Shown here: one piece after another, positions 39,864-51,036 of the stretch
How positions within the stretch are numbered: the first letter of the stretch is position 1
Layout of the letters: the number at the start of each line of letters is the position of its first letter
Position numbers and translations under genes: made by a program
The notes under the pieces: model-generated
What the model saw: the letters and a program-made list of their open reading frames with translations, nothing else
Database searches by the model: none
Told to the model about the DNA's origin: nothing
Assembly: GCA_963750165.1 (NCBI GenBank)
Contig: CAVVPN010000004.1
Location: 96,001 to 160,000 of the forward strand
Length of the DNA: 64,000 bases
Direction: 5' to 3'
DNA from: an uncultured Gemmataceae bacterium
GTDB taxonomy: Bacteria > Planctomycetota > Planctomycetia > Gemmatales > Gemmataceae

Positions 39864-42721
39864 TCAACCCGTGACCGGCACCGGTACGTCGGCCAGCACT
39901 TCGCGGAGCACCGCGAGGTCCACCGGCTTGACGAGGTGGCGGTCGAAGCCGGCGTCGCGGCTGCGGCGCCGGTCCTCTTCCTGTCCGTAGCCGGTCATCG
40001 CCACCAACCGCACACCGCGGCCGAACTCGTCGCGCAGTTGCCGCGCCACCTCATAGCCGTCCACGCCGGGCAGGCCGATGTCCAGCAGCACCAGCTGGGG
40101 TCGGATGCTCAGTGCCGCCTTCAGCCCCGACTGGCCATCGTGGGCGGTGCGCACCTCATGGCCCCAGCTCCGCAGCAGCAGGGCCAGGCTGTCCGCGGAG
40201 TCGCGGTTGTCGTCCACCACCAGCACGCTGAGGGAAGAGACGGCGTTGGGGCGCGGCGTGCCGGCGTCGGCTGCCAGGGGGGCCGGCCGCAGCGGCGCCT
40301 TGCCGACCGGCAGGCGCACGACGAACTCGCTGCCCTGGCCCGGCCCCGCACTGTGCGCCGCGACCGAACCGCCGTGCAACTCCACCAGCGTCTTGACCAG
40401 CGTCAGACCGATGCCCAGGCCGCCCTGCGCCGGTCCAGCGTGCGGTCGGCCTGGGTGAACAGCTCGAAGACGTGCGGCAGCACATGCGCCGGGATGCCGA
40501 AGCCCGTGTCGCGCACCCGCACCACCACCTCACCGCCGTGCCGCTCCGCCTCCAGCCAGACGGCGCCGCCGCGCTCCGTGTACTTGGCCGCGTTGTTCAG
40601 CAGGTTGGCGAAGACCTGCTCCAGCCGGGTCGGGTCTCCCTCGACGGGCACCGATTCATCCGGCAGCGCCAGCGTCAAGCGATGGCGGTTGGCCTCCATC
40701 AGCGGCCGCGTCGATTCCATCGCCCGCTGCAGCAGTGTAGCCAGGTCCAGCGGTTCGGTGCGCAGCTGGATCTTGCCGCGGGTGATGCGGCTCACGTCGA
40801 GCAGGTCATCGACCAGCCGCACCATCGTCTGCACCTGCCGTTCCACCATGGCGCCGGCCTGCTCGGCCACCTCGGCCTCGGTGTCGGGGTGCCGCAGCAG
40901 GTGCAGGGCGGTGCGAATGGGCGCCAGCGGGTTACGCAGCTCGTGGGCCAGCATCGCCAGGAACTCGTCCTTGCGGCGGTCGGCCAGGCGCAGTTCCCGG
41001 TACAGCCGGGCGTTCTCGATGGCGATGGTGGCGCGGTGGGCCAGGTCCTCCGCCAGAACCAGGTCGGCCTGGCCAAAGTGCCGGCCCGACTCCGCCGCCG
41101 CGAAGGTCAGCGCCCCCAGCGGCCGGCCGCGCGCCCGCAGCGGCACACACAGATACGAGCGCACGCCGACCGCTTGCAGCGGCAACAAAGGCTCGACGGC
41201 CCCCGACCCGGCCGCCGCCAGCGCCTCGATGATGTCCGGCACGACCTCCGACTGGCCAGCCCGCACCACGCGCAGCGGGCCGCTGGGCCGCGCGGCGTCG
41301 GCTGGGTAGCGGGTGAGCAGCTCGCGGACCAGTTCGGCCCGGCCCGGGTCCACGTCGGCGACCGCCAGCCGTCGCAGGGCGCCGTCCTCCTCGAGCATGT
41401 CCACGGCGCACAGGTCCGCGAAGGCGGGCACTGCCAGGTTGGCCACCTGTTGCAGCGTGCTCTGGTAATCGACCAGCGCCGCCAACCGGGCGCTGGCGTC
41501 CGCCAGGAAGCGCGTGGTCTGTTCGGCGCGCTTGCGCTCGTCGATGTCGGTGCTGGTGCCGTACCACTCCACGACCCGGCCGGTGCGGTCGCGCAGCGGC
41601 AGGGCGCGCGTCAGGAACCAGCGGTAGTTGCCGTCCCGGCCGCGCAGCCGTTGCTCGACCTGATACTCCTCGCCCGCGGCCGCCGCCCACTCCCAGGCCG
41701 ACAGCGTCGCGTGGATGTCCGCCGGGTGCAGCACGGTCGCCCAGCCGTCGGCCTGCGCCTCCGCCGGCGTCATGCCCGTGTAGTGCAGCCAGCGCGGATT
41801 GCAGTAGTCCAGAGTGCCGTCCGGCCGACTTGACCAGACCAGCTGCGGCACCACTTCGGTCAGCAGGCGAAAGCGTTCCTCGCTCTCGCGCAGGGCCTCG
41901 GTGGCCTGGCGGCGCTCGGTGATGTCGCGGAAGTTGACGACCAGGGCCGCGACCGCCGGCTCGCCGAGCAGGTTGGTGCCGACACACTCGACCCAGCGCC
42001 ACGAGCCGTCCTTGTGCCGCACGCGCATCTCCGAGGTGACCGTCGCCCCCGGCCGGCGCGCCAGGTCGGCCAGGCGGCCGACGACACCGGCCACGTCGTC
42101 GAGATGGACGACCTCGAAGCCGCTGCGGCCGACGAACTCGTCCGGTTCGTAGCCGAGCACGCGGCGGCTGGAGGGACTGTTGTACAGCACGGTGCCGTCG
42201 GCCGCGAGGAGCGTGACCGCGTCGGTGCTGTACTCGGTGAGGGCGCGAAAGCGGGCGTTCTCCTCGGCCAGCTTGCGCTCGAACTCGTGGCGCTCCAGCT
42301 GGCGAATCTGCTCGGCCTTCTGAAAGAGGTCGATGAAGACGGCCACCTTGCGCGCAGGATCACCGGCACCAGCGGCTTGACGAGGTAGTCCACGGCGCCG
42401 AGGGCGTAGGCCTCCTCCAGGAAGCTTTGCGGCGCCTCGTGGGCGGTGAGGAAAATGATGGGGGTATGCCGGGAGCGCTCGTCGAGCGCGGAGCCGGCGA
42501 GCCGTCTCGAAGCCGTCCAGGCCGTGCATATGCACGTCGAGCAGGACGACGGCGAAGTCCTGCTCCGCCAGCAGACGCAGGGCTTCTTCGCCGCTGCCGG
42601 TCTTGACCAGGGAGTGGCCCAGGTCGCCCAGGACCGCCTCCAGGGCCAGCAGGTTAAACGGCTGGTCGTCCACCAGCAGGATGCTCGCCCTCGGGCTCAA
42701 GCGGGCCTGATCGTTTGCCAT
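39864..42721 (-). CDS. hybrid sensor histidine kinase (REC-PAS-PAS-GAF-HisKA-HATPase-REC); frame breaks near 42485, 42350 and 40430
   Basis: LLVDD/LLDV REC, two PAS/PAC (DITER, DIDER), LAHELRNPL, NLLNNAAKYT, DTGFG, GLGIGL, C-terminal REC. Confidence 0.9.
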
Positions 42722-42876
42722 GTACGGTCCACATGTGCGAATGCCGTTCCAGGCTGGTGCGAGGGGGGTTGGAGCCTGGGATGTCGCTGCGTTCCTCGGG
42801 ACGGTACTATTTTACACGAAAGTGGGTGGCGGACAAAGGGAACCCGGCGGTCTGGGCCTCGGAGGTGAGGTAGGGC

Positions 42877-43644
42877 ATGTACGAATTCATCAACAGTTTG
42901 CTGGAGCCGTTCGTCCTGTTCTACCTGCTGACGCTGGCGGCGCTGCTCAACCTGTGGCGCAAGCCGCGCGCGCCGCGCGGCCGGTTGCTCCTGTTGACAG
43001 CCGCCTTCGCGGGGCTGACGGTGATCTGCAATCCGACGGTGGCGTACCTGGCGCTCGGTTCGCTGGAGTGGCGTTACCCACCCGCGGACGAGCGGCCGCC
43101 CGACGTGCAAGCCATCGTGGTGCTCGCCGCGGGCATATTGCCGCCGGACGGCCCGCGCGTCCGGGCGGAGCTGGACGCGGACAGCATGCAGCGCTGCCTG
43201 CACGCGGCGCGGCTCTACCACCAGGGGCCCGCCTGTCCGGTGCTTGTCAGCGGCGGCAAGGTCGATCCGGACACGCCCGGCCCGCCCGTGGCTCGCGTCA
43301 TGGCCGACTTCCTGATCCAGCTGGGCGTCAAGGAAGCGGACCTGATCCTGGAAGACGCCTCGCGCAACACCTATGAGAACGCGGTCGAGAGCGCGAAGCT
43401 GCTCCGGGAGCAGCGGCTTGACAGGGCGGTCCTGGTGACCGACGCGGTGGACATGTACCGGGCGGTGCGCTGCTTTCGCAAGCAGGGCGTTGAACTGATG
43501 CCGTCGCCGTGCCACTACCGGGTGACCACTTACGAGTTCACGTTCTTCGACCTGGTGCCGAACCCCGGGGCGGCCAGGAACTGTCACCGCGCCTGGCACG
43601 AGTGGCTCGGTGTTGTGTGGTACTGGGGGCGCGGGCGAATTTAG
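42877..43644 (+). CDS. YdcF/ElyC-like (DUF218) membrane protein
   Basis: IVVLA.G, VSGG, EDASRNTYENA, LVT...MYRA, HEWLG. Confidence 0.88.
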   Translation: MYEFINSLLEPFVLFYLLTLAALLNLWRKPRAPRGRLLLLTAAFAGLTVICNPTVAYLALGSLEWRYPPADERPPDVQAIVVLAAGILPPDGPRVRAELDADSMQRCLHAARLYHQGPACPVLVSGGKVDPDTPGPPVARVMADFLIQLGVKEADLILEDASRNTYENAVESAKLLREQRLDRAVLVTDAVDMYRAVRCFRKQGVELMPSPCHYRVTTYEFTFFDLVPNPGAARNCHRAWHEWLGVVWYWGRGRI

Positions 43645-43674
43645 AGCGGTTCAGGAACGGCAGGCGCACACGAC

Positions 43675-43827
43675 GTGGCACGGCTCTGGAGAGCCGTGCC
43701 CCGGTTTGTGGTCCACACGCTCGCGAACCGCGCTAATTCTACGGCGTGAGGTGCGGAGAAGGCGAGGTGTAGGACGGCTCTCCAGAGCCGTCTCTGCCGA
43801 AGCGACGGCTCTCCAGAGCCGTCCCAC
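43675..43827. repeat. three REP-like hairpins
   Basis: ACGGCTCT-(GG/CC)-AGAGCCGT at about 43680, 43774 and 43805, with GTGG/GTAG feet. Confidence 0.8.
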
Positions 43828-43853
43828 GGTTGCACAGCAGAAAGGCAACGTCC

Positions 43854-44462
43854 ATGACCGATCTTTTTGGAGACGCGCCCGCGCCAGCAGCGGGACAACT
43901 GGTGCGCGATTTTCTCGGAGTCCCGGGCCTGCTCTACCAGCCGGCCCTGCTGTCCCCGCCGGAGCAGCAGCGCATTCTGGCGGCCATCGACGCGCTGCCC
44001 TGGCTCGATGACCTCCGCCGTCGCGTCCAGCACTACGGCTATCGCTACGACTACAAGGCCCGCGCCGTCGATCCGTCCATGTACGTCGGCCCGCTGCCGG
44101 CGTTCGCCGTCGCCGTGGCGGAGCAGCTGCGGAAGCTCGGCCTGGTGGAGGACGCACCGGACCAGCTCATCGTCAACGAATACCAGCCCGGCCAGGGCAT
44201 CAGCGCTCATGTCGATTGCGAACCGTGTTTCAAAAACGTCATCGTCACCGTGAGCCTGGGCTCCGCGTACGAGATGGATTTCATCGAGGTGGCGAGTGGT
44301 GAAGTGCGCTCGGCGCTGCTGGCGACCGGCAGTGCGCTGGTGATGCGCGACGCGGGCCGTTATGACTGGATGCACCGCATCAAGGGCGCAAGAACGACCA
44401 CGGCGTGCCGCGTGGCCGCCGTGTGTCGCTGACGTTTCGCAACATCATCCTGGAGCCGGTGA
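43854..44462 (+). CDS. AlkB-like 2OG-Fe(II) dioxygenase; frame break near 44390
   Basis: RRVQHYGYRY, VNEYQPGQGISAHVD (HxD), SLG, WMHRI, then RVSLTFR in the shifted frame. Confidence 0.85.
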
Positions 44463-44501
44463 AGCCTGCTTGAAGGGGATGTTCTGGCTCTTTTCCTTTG
44501 G

Positions 44502-46364
44502 TCAAACCTCACCGTGCTGCGCCGTTCGCTTTCGGCGTGCCGGGCGCGGGCGAAGGACGCGCACCGTGAGCGTAAACGGCCCGATCCGATGGCCGTCCTG
44601 ACTGGTCGCGATGAGGCGATAGGTTCCGGTGCTGGTCGCACGGTAGACGATGCGCGCCTTCTTATCTCTGCCGCCGCTGTTATGCTTGGCCAGGATACTG
44701 CCCTCGGCATCTTCCAGATAGAGGTAGGCGAAGAACACCTTGCTGGTGTGCTCGAATTGATAGGTTTTGCCCCTTTCCAGCTTGACCGCGAAGATCTTGA
44801 AGGATTTCTTTTTCTGGTATCTCGCGCCGGTCGGTTCGTCGATGGTGTCCTCGAAAACCGTGAGGCCGGCGGGATTGAGTTCGAGCGGCTTTTTCAAATA
44901 AAAAAAGACTTCTTCCGGCGTGAGGAAGCCATCGTCGTTGCGATCCATCTTGAGGAATGCCGCAAGGTCCCGGCCGCTCTTCTGCCACTCGAACAGAGAG
45001 ATCTGGCCATCCTCGTCCTTGTCGATTTCCTTGAACCACACCGGTAAACCCTTCGGCAAGACGACGTTGACCTGGGCAATGACGCGCAGCGAGAGCGAAA
45101 ACGCGCCGGTATCTCTGCCGCCGACACTGGTCGCGATGATGCGGTAGGTTCCGGTCCTGACCACACTGTAAATGATGCGTGAATTCAACTCGCCGCCGAA
45201 GTCATCGTTCTCGGCCAGGATTTTGCCGTCGGCGTCTTCCAGATAGAGGAAGGCGTCGAACGCCTTGCTCACGAGGTCGATTTGATAGGTTTTGCCTTTT
45301 TCCAGCTGGACGGGGTACATCTTCGCGAGTTTTCTGCCCTGGTACTTTGTGTCGCTCGCCTGGATGGTGTCCTGGAACTTGGTGTCCTGGGACTTCTTGT
45401 TTGTGCGCTTCAGTTCGACCGACTGTTGCAAGGACTGAACGACTTCTTCCGCGGTGAGGAAGCCGTCGTCATTGCGGTCCATCTTGAGGAACTCCGCGAC
45501 ATCCTTCTTGCCCAGGCGCCACTCGTAGAGCGACACCTGGCCGTCGTCGTCCGTGTCGAGTTCCTCGAACCAGGCTGGCAGGCCCGCCGGTAGCTTGCCG
45601 CCGATGCGGTAGGTGCTCGGCACGATTTCCTCGTCCTCCTCGATGACGATGACCCGGGGAGGGACTTTCGGGTCCGGTTTGGCGTTCTCGCGCTGAAAGC
45701 GGCGTTTGGCGTAGTCGCGGTAGTATGCCTTGAACTCGGCCAGGTCGATAAGGCCGTCGAAGTTGGTGTCCCACTTCTTCCAGTCGTCCCTGAGCGCGGC
45801 GAGATCCCCGCCGTTCTTGATTATCTGAATCTCGTCGGCGTTCCAGTAGCCGTCCCCGTTGAGGTCGTAGCGGGGGAAGATGGCTGCCGCCCGTTCCTCG
45901 GCGGCCTGCTCGATGAGGGCGATTTTCTTCGGGTCCTTGGCGGTCTTCTTGCGCAATGCGTCGCGCTGCGCCCAGTAGCGCAGGAACTGGTCCTGGTCGA
46001 GCTGGCCATTGGTGATGCCGTTCTCAAAGGCGAAGAGTTCCATTTCCTCCTTGCCCTTCAACGGCTTTTGTTCGGCGATGTCGATGTAGTCATTCTCCCC
46101 GGCCAGCCGCTTGAACAGCTCGACCAGTTGCTGCGTCTTGTCGTCCAGCTTCTTCTTGTCGGCCGCGTCGTTGCCCTGCAACGGCCTTTGCTCGGCGCGG
46201 TCGATTTGGTCCCTGGCAAATCGCCTGAGCAGGTCGCCAAGTTGTTTCTGCCTGTCGGGCGCGTCCTGGCCCGGCGGCTGCGAGTGGCCGGGTTGCTTAT
46301 CAACGATGAAGAAGACGCACACCAGTGTCGCAATGACCAGCGCGAGCGCAATGTTCCAACGCAT
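44502..46364 (-). CDS. exported EF-hand and PPC-like domain protein
   Basis: N-terminal signal/TM; EF loops DLNGDG, DTNFDG, DTDDDG, DRNDDG x2, DKDEDG; two LE.GKTY...YLED..G.ILA...GTYR.IATS domains. Confidence 0.82.
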   Translation of the reverse strand: MRWNIALALVIATLVCVFFIVDKQPGHSQPPGQDAPDRQKQLGDLLRRFARDQIDRAEQRPLQGNDAADKKKLDDKTQQLVELFKRLAGENDYIDIAEQKPLKGKEEMELFAFENGITNGQLDQDQFLRYWAQRDALRKKTAKDPKKIALIEQAAEERAAAIFPRYDLNGDGYWNADEIQIIKNGGDLAALRDDWKKWDTNFDGLIDLAEFKAYYRDYAKRRFQRENAKPDPKVPPRVIVIEEDEEIVPSTYRIGGKLPAGLPAWFEELDTDDDGQVSLYEWRLGKKDVAEFLKMDRNDDGFLTAEEVVQSLQQSVELKRTNKKSQDTKFQDTIQASDTKYQGRKLAKMYPVQLEKGKTYQIDLVSKAFDAFLYLEDADGKILAENDDFGGELNSRIIYSVVRTGTYRIIATSVGGRDTGAFSLSLRVIAQVNVVLPKGLPVWFKEIDKDEDGQISLFEWQKSGRDLAAFLKMDRNDDGFLTPEEVFFYLKKPLELNPAGLTVFEDTIDEPTGARYQKKKSFKIFAVKLERGKTYQFEHTSKVFFAYLYLEDAEGSILAKHNSGGRDKKARIVYRATSTGTYRLIATSQDGHRIGPFTLTVRVLRPRPARRKRTAQHGEV

Positions 46365-46646
46365 GTTCAGGGCTCCCGGGCGAACCAGAGGGAACCGGGT
46401 GGTTGAAGTTGTGAGAATTCGGCTATTTGTCCATGAAGAGATGACGACCCACCCGGCTCCTGTTAACCGAGCTTGCCAGGAATGAACGCCTTCCGGGAGC
46501 ACGAATTCGACTTTGAGGATTGACTATACGCTCGCCAAGGGTCGCAGTCCACGAATTTCTTGCCGATCTGACGCGGCCTTTCATCCCGGGCATGATCCGC
46601 AGTTGCCGAGCCGTGCGCTGCTTGCCCTTCACCTCCGGCGCCGTTG

Positions 46647-46823
46647 TCACCTCGTTGTGGCCTCACCTCGTTGTGGCCTGGTCTCCGGACCAGGCCACGG
46701 CCCCCGACCGAAGGTCTCCAATGGGTGCGGGAGACCTTCGGTCCGGCCCCGTGGCCTGGTCCGGAGACCAGGCCACAACCAGGCGCTGGAACCCTGCTGG
46801 CAACGGACCACGGACCACGGACC
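46647..46823. repeat. composite repeat: 16-bp tandem duplication, long imperfect palindrome, heptamer triplet
   Basis: TCACCTCGTTGTGGCC x2 (46647-46678); GTTGTGGCCTGGTCTCCGGACCAGGCCACGG...inverse (46670-46779); ACGGACC x3 (46803-46823). Confidence 0.85.
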
Positions 46824-46826
46824 AAC

Positions 46827-47492
46827 TTACTTCTTGACTACCTTGCCGCGCAGCCGCACGTCGGTCCAATCGCCGGTGTCGTCGAACGTGCCGACGCCGA
46901 CCTGGCCCCAGGTGAAGGTCGTGTCCGTCGCGGTCATCGCTGGCGTCTTCAGGTCGTCGAAGTACACGTCGATCTTGCCGGACTTCGTGTCGCGCACCAC
47001 GCGGATGTGGTGCCAGGTGCCGTCCTTCCACGGCGTGCCCGGTGTCGTCTTCGTTGAGATTTTCACACGGTCGGCGCCATTGACGATGAAAATCTGGTTG
47101 GCGTGGTCGTCGGTCTTCTTGCCCAGGTGGACGTAGTAAAAGTGGGCCTTGTCCTGGTAGCCGAAGAAGACGCACATGTCACGGTGGTTGTAGTCCTTGA
47201 CGGTGCTGCGCGCCTTCGCATCGAGGACAAAATCGCTGACGATCACATCCTTGCGCAGCGCGAAGTTGAAGGGACTGCGGTGCGGCGTCTTGTACTTGCT
47301 CTGCTGGAACTGGCTGAACGCTTTGCGGCCGTCCTTGAGATCAATGACCTTCCACGCGGCGGGGTCGGTCGGCTGCCAGGCGGCGGCGCCCTTGTCGAAT
47401 TTCTCGTCGAACAGCAGCGGCAGTTCGGGGCCGCCAGCGCGGGCCAGCGCTGCCAGCAGCGCCACGCCGCAACACAACAGGGATCGGATCAT
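46827..47492 (-). CDS. secreted concanavalin/DUF1080-like beta-sandwich protein
   Basis: Signal peptide, DFVLD, WHHIRV.R, G.VGVGTFDD. Confidence 0.7.
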   Translation of the reverse strand: MIRSLLCCGVALLAALARAGGPELPLLFDEKFDKGAAAWQPTDPAAWKVIDLKDGRKAFSQFQQSKYKTPHRSPFNFALRKDVIVSDFVLDAKARSTVKDYNHRDMCVFFGYQDKAHFYYVHLGKKTDDHANQIFIVNGADRVKISTKTTPGTPWKDGTWHHIRVVRDTKSGKIDVYFDDLKTPAMTATDTTFTWGQVGVGTFDDTGDWTDVRLRGKVVKK

Positions 47493-47577
47493 GGGAGACT
47501 CCTGCGCGGGATACCAGGTGCGACAGGCGCTGTTGTAAGCGGCGCGTGGCGCTTTGTCTGCCGCTTGCGGCCTGGCG

Positions 47578-48351
47578 CTACGCCTTGTGCAGACAGGCGG
47601 CGATCCACTGCTGGCGCTCGTCGCCGACGGGCACGGGCGGCGGTTGGCCGTAGTCGATTTCCCGGGCGAACCGGCCGCGTTCGTAGGCCGTGGCGAACAC
47701 GGCGCCGACATCGATCAGGACATCCGGGTCAGGCTGTAGTAGTGGAACGGGCAACGGGGGCAGTGGCTCAGGCATGTTCCAATGATAAACGTCGCAATCC
47801 GGCCGGCGGTCGGCGCGTGCGCAGAAGGCGTAATAGTCCGCTGGCGGCAACGGCACCCGTAGCGGCATGCGGTGGCCGCCGAGTAGCAGGTCCAGTTCCA
47901 CCAGGTGAATTTTCTGCCGGAGCAGCGCATTGCGCCTGGACAGGTGGACGCTGTAACCCGGCTCCTCCTTGTTGGCTGGCGACAGCAGTTCCAGCACAGC
48001 CACGAGCGAGCGGTCGGGCCGGTGCAGGATCTGAATGTAGGTCTCGATGGGCTCATCCATCACAACCAGGGGCAACGTTACGGGCTGCCGCACCGTCGTC
48101 GTTGCGGGCGGCGGGGAAGCCGGCCCAACCGGACCGGGTTGTCGTTCCACGCCGACATCTGGGATAACCCGGCGCCGTTCCGGCGGCATCCCTTCGATGA
48201 GGTAAACCCGTTCCCAGATGCGCGCGGTGTAGTGATCGGGCAGCGCGTCGGACACCGCTTCGCACCAGTAGTTGATGAACCGCGAATGGAAATCCGGCCA
48301 GTGAGCGGGGGATTCCAGGTAGGGATCCATTCCGGGAAACGGGCTCGGCAT
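47578..48351 (-). CDS. DUF4058-family protein
   Basis: MPSPFPGMDPYLE...WPDFH, PDV, ELLSPANK, HLVELDLL.GG, PVPL..PD.D. Confidence 0.9.
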   Translation of the reverse strand: MPSPFPGMDPYLESPAHWPDFHSRFINYWCEAVSDALPDHYTARIWERVYLIEGMPPERRRVIPDVGVERQPGPVGPASPPPATTTVRQPVTLPLVVMDEPIETYIQILHRPDRSLVAVLELLSPANKEEPGYSVHLSRRNALLRQKIHLVELDLLLGGHRMPLRVPLPPADYYAFCARADRRPDCDVYHWNMPEPLPPLPVPLLQPDPDVLIDVGAVFATAYERGRFAREIDYGQPPPVPVGDERQQWIAACLHKA

Positions 48352-48369
48352 GACGAGTTCTCCTTCAAC

Positions 48370-50850
48370 TCAGGGAGTCTGGACCGCGGCGGCTTTTTTC
48401 TGCCGCTCCAGCGCCGCTTGCGCCTGGCGCGTCAGCAGGCCGGCGGCGTTGCCCTGCGCCAGACGCGCCAGCAGCTGGACCGCCGCGGGCGTGCCCATGC
48501 CTTCCAGGATTTCGATGGCCCGATACTCGCGGAACCGGGCCGGCGGCACCGGGCCATCCAGCCGAGCCAGAAGGCTCTCGATGCGCCGCCGCGTTTCCAG
48601 CGGCCGTGTCCCCGACAGCGCTTTGCGCAACGGCTCCTCGACCAGTTCAGCCAACTGCTCCAACTCGCGGCGGGCCTGGTCGCGGCGCTTGAACTGCGGA
48701 TGGCCGAGGTCGTCGATCAGTTGGGCGACGTGTTTGCCGTCCAAGGCGGGCGTCGGCGACAGGTGTTTCGCAAGGAAGGGGACGGCGCTCGCGGGGGCGT
48801 GCAGCAGATCGACCCTGGCCTCGTAAGCGTCCTTCGCGTCGGGCTGCGCCAGGGCCTGCCAGCAGGCCGCCAGCTCTTTGGGCGACAGACTGGCGCGGCG
48901 CTGCTTGCCCGACAGGTTTTTCAGGTCCCAGATGAGGGCGGTGGTGTCGTCACTGCCGGCGATCAGGCGGGTGCCGTCGGGAGAGAAATCCATCGAATAA
49001 ATCACGGGGCCTTTGTTGAAATGATAAATCTCGGTGCCGGTGAGCAATTCAAAAATCTGGGTCCGCTTGTGCGGATTGGCACGCCCGTAACCGTCGCCGC
49101 CCGAGGCCAAATACCGAGCGTCCGGGGAGAAGGCAACACAGCCGCGCCAGTTATGGTGTCCGGGTAGCGTTCTCCGGGTCTTGCCGCTGGCCACATCCAC
49201 GACAAACACTTTCTCCTCGCAGCCGACGGCCAGGGTGGTTCCGTCCGCGGAAATGGCCAGCGAAGTGATGTACTTCTCAAAGGAAAGTTTGCGCTTTGTT
49301 TTTTTGGCGACATCCAGCAACAAGACGACCCCTCCCCGGGCATGCGGGGCAGTGGCAGCGGCCAGCACTTTGGCGTCCGGGGTGAAGACCAGACTGCCGC
49401 CCTGAAAATCGCCTTCATAGAGTTTTTTCCCACCAACCGGATCCCACAAAATACACGGCCCGGCGCCCCCGGTGGCTAACAGTTTACCGTCCGGGGAAAA
49501 CACCGCCGCCAGCACCTCATTGCCGTGTTTCTCCAAGATGGCCTGTTTTTTACCGTCGGCCAACCCCCACACGATGGCGGTATGGTCCCCGCTGGCGGAG
49601 GCGAGCCATTTGCCATCGGGAGAAAGCGCCACGGCGTTGACGCTCGCGGGGTGGCCGTGGAAGGCGCGGAGTTGTCTTCCCGTGGCGGCGTCCCACAGCC
49701 GCGCGGTGCCGTCCTCGCTCCCCGAAGCGACCGTCTTGCCGTCCCGCGAAAAGACCACAGAGCGAATGGCCCCGCGGTGCGTGGCGAAGGATTTCAACTC
49801 CGCTCCCGTCGAACGGTCCAGGAATCGGACGGACTGGCCGCAGCACTGCCAGGCAATGGTTTTGCCATCGGGCGCGAACTGGACCGAGTTGACCCCCGTT
49901 GCCGGAAAGCTGCGGGCCGGCTTGTCTGGGGCGGCCAGTTCCCGGAACTGGACGGTTCGTTGATTGGAGCGGTAATCGCGGTGTGCGGAAGCAAGCGTTT
50001 TTCCGTCCGGCGAGAAGGCCAGGAACTCTACCGATCCGGCCACGGGGATCGAGTGCCGCCGCTTGCCGGTCGCCACTTCCCACAAATCCAGATGAGGCTC
50101 CCAGGAGTTGACGCCGCCGCCACTGGCCAGCATGGTCCCGTCCGGGGAGAACCGGAACGGGGAGTAAGTCTTGAATCCCTGGATTGGGTACTTGAAGGCC
50201 CCGGTCTGCACGTCCCAGAGGAACAACTTTCCCTTGTCATAGTAGGTGTCCGTGGCCACGATCTTGCCGTCTGGTGCAAAGACGACGATGGCGGCGCGGC
50301 AGGGCCGATTGTCCCGCCGAAAGGCCAACTCCTTCACCTTCTTTCCCGAAGTCGTGTCCCAGTGAAAGATGGCGTCCGCGGTGGCCGCGTACAGTGTTTT
50401 GCCGTCCGGGGAGAAGACCGCGGCGGCGGTCCAATCCGAGCCGCCGCCGAAGCCCCCCTGACGGAGCGTTTTTCGTTGCAGTGTTTTCAGGTCCCACAGG
50501 TCGATGACTGTGCCACTGAAGTCGAGCACCGCCAACTTCTGCCCGTCGGGGGAAAAAACCAGCCCGTGAACCGACCGATCCGGGAACGGCAGGCGCCGCA
50601 GTTCCTTGCCCGTGTCGGCGTCCCAAAGATAAACGACTTCGTGATCTCCGGTGGCGACGACCTTGCCGTCCGGGGAAATGGCCGCGCAGTAACAATGGCC
50701 GAAGCGCTCCGTCCCCAGGCGTACCAGCACCCCCGGCGGCAGCGCGTCACCGAAGCAATCGCGGCGCGGCCCGTCACCCGCCCAGGCCTGGCCGCCAGCC
50801 GCCAGGGCGATGCATACAACGACCGCCAGCCGTGTTCGCAGTTCGGGCAT
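48370..50850 (-). CDS. secreted WD40-repeat protein
   Basis: Signal peptide, D..GDALPPG..RLG lead-in, many FSPDGK...WD repeats, helical C-terminus (RAIEILE). Confidence 0.92.
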   Translation of the reverse strand: MPELRTRLAVVVCIALAAGGQAWAGDGPRRDCFGDALPPGVLVRLGTERFGHCYCAAISPDGKVVATGDHEVVYLWDADTGKELRRLPFPDRSVHGLVFSPDGQKLAVLDFSGTVIDLWDLKTLQRKTLRQGGFGGGSDWTAAAVFSPDGKTLYAATADAIFHWDTTSGKKVKELAFRRDNRPCRAAIVVFAPDGKIVATDTYYDKGKLFLWDVQTGAFKYPIQGFKTYSPFRFSPDGTMLASGGGVNSWEPHLDLWEVATGKRRHSIPVAGSVEFLAFSPDGKTLASAHRDYRSNQRTVQFRELAAPDKPARSFPATGVNSVQFAPDGKTIAWQCCGQSVRFLDRSTGAELKSFATHRGAIRSVVFSRDGKTVASGSEDGTARLWDAATGRQLRAFHGHPASVNAVALSPDGKWLASASGDHTAIVWGLADGKKQAILEKHGNEVLAAVFSPDGKLLATGGAGPCILWDPVGGKKLYEGDFQGGSLVFTPDAKVLAAATAPHARGGVVLLLDVAKKTKRKLSFEKYITSLAISADGTTLAVGCEEKVFVVDVASGKTRRTLPGHHNWRGCVAFSPDARYLASGGDGYGRANPHKRTQIFELLTGTEIYHFNKGPVIYSMDFSPDGTRLIAGSDDTTALIWDLKNLSGKQRRASLSPKELAACWQALAQPDAKDAYEARVDLLHAPASAVPFLAKHLSPTPALDGKHVAQLIDDLGHPQFKRRDQARRELEQLAELVEEPLRKALSGTRPLETRRRIESLLARLDGPVPPARFREYRAIEILEGMGTPAAVQLLARLAQGNAAGLLTRQAQAALERQKKAAAVQTP

Positions 50851-51036
50851 GGTCCCATCTCTCCGGCGCTGGGGATTGGGGTCGGCGTCCGCGGTTTTGG
50901 CTTACGCGGCAGCCCGACGACGGGCAAGGAGCCGCATTTCGCGCTGGTCCCCGTTGCAATCGGCCGCTGCGAGCATTAAAACAGCAATTGCCAGTTCCGC
51001 AACCGTTTGGCGCGATTCCGCGCGGAGGCCAGAACC

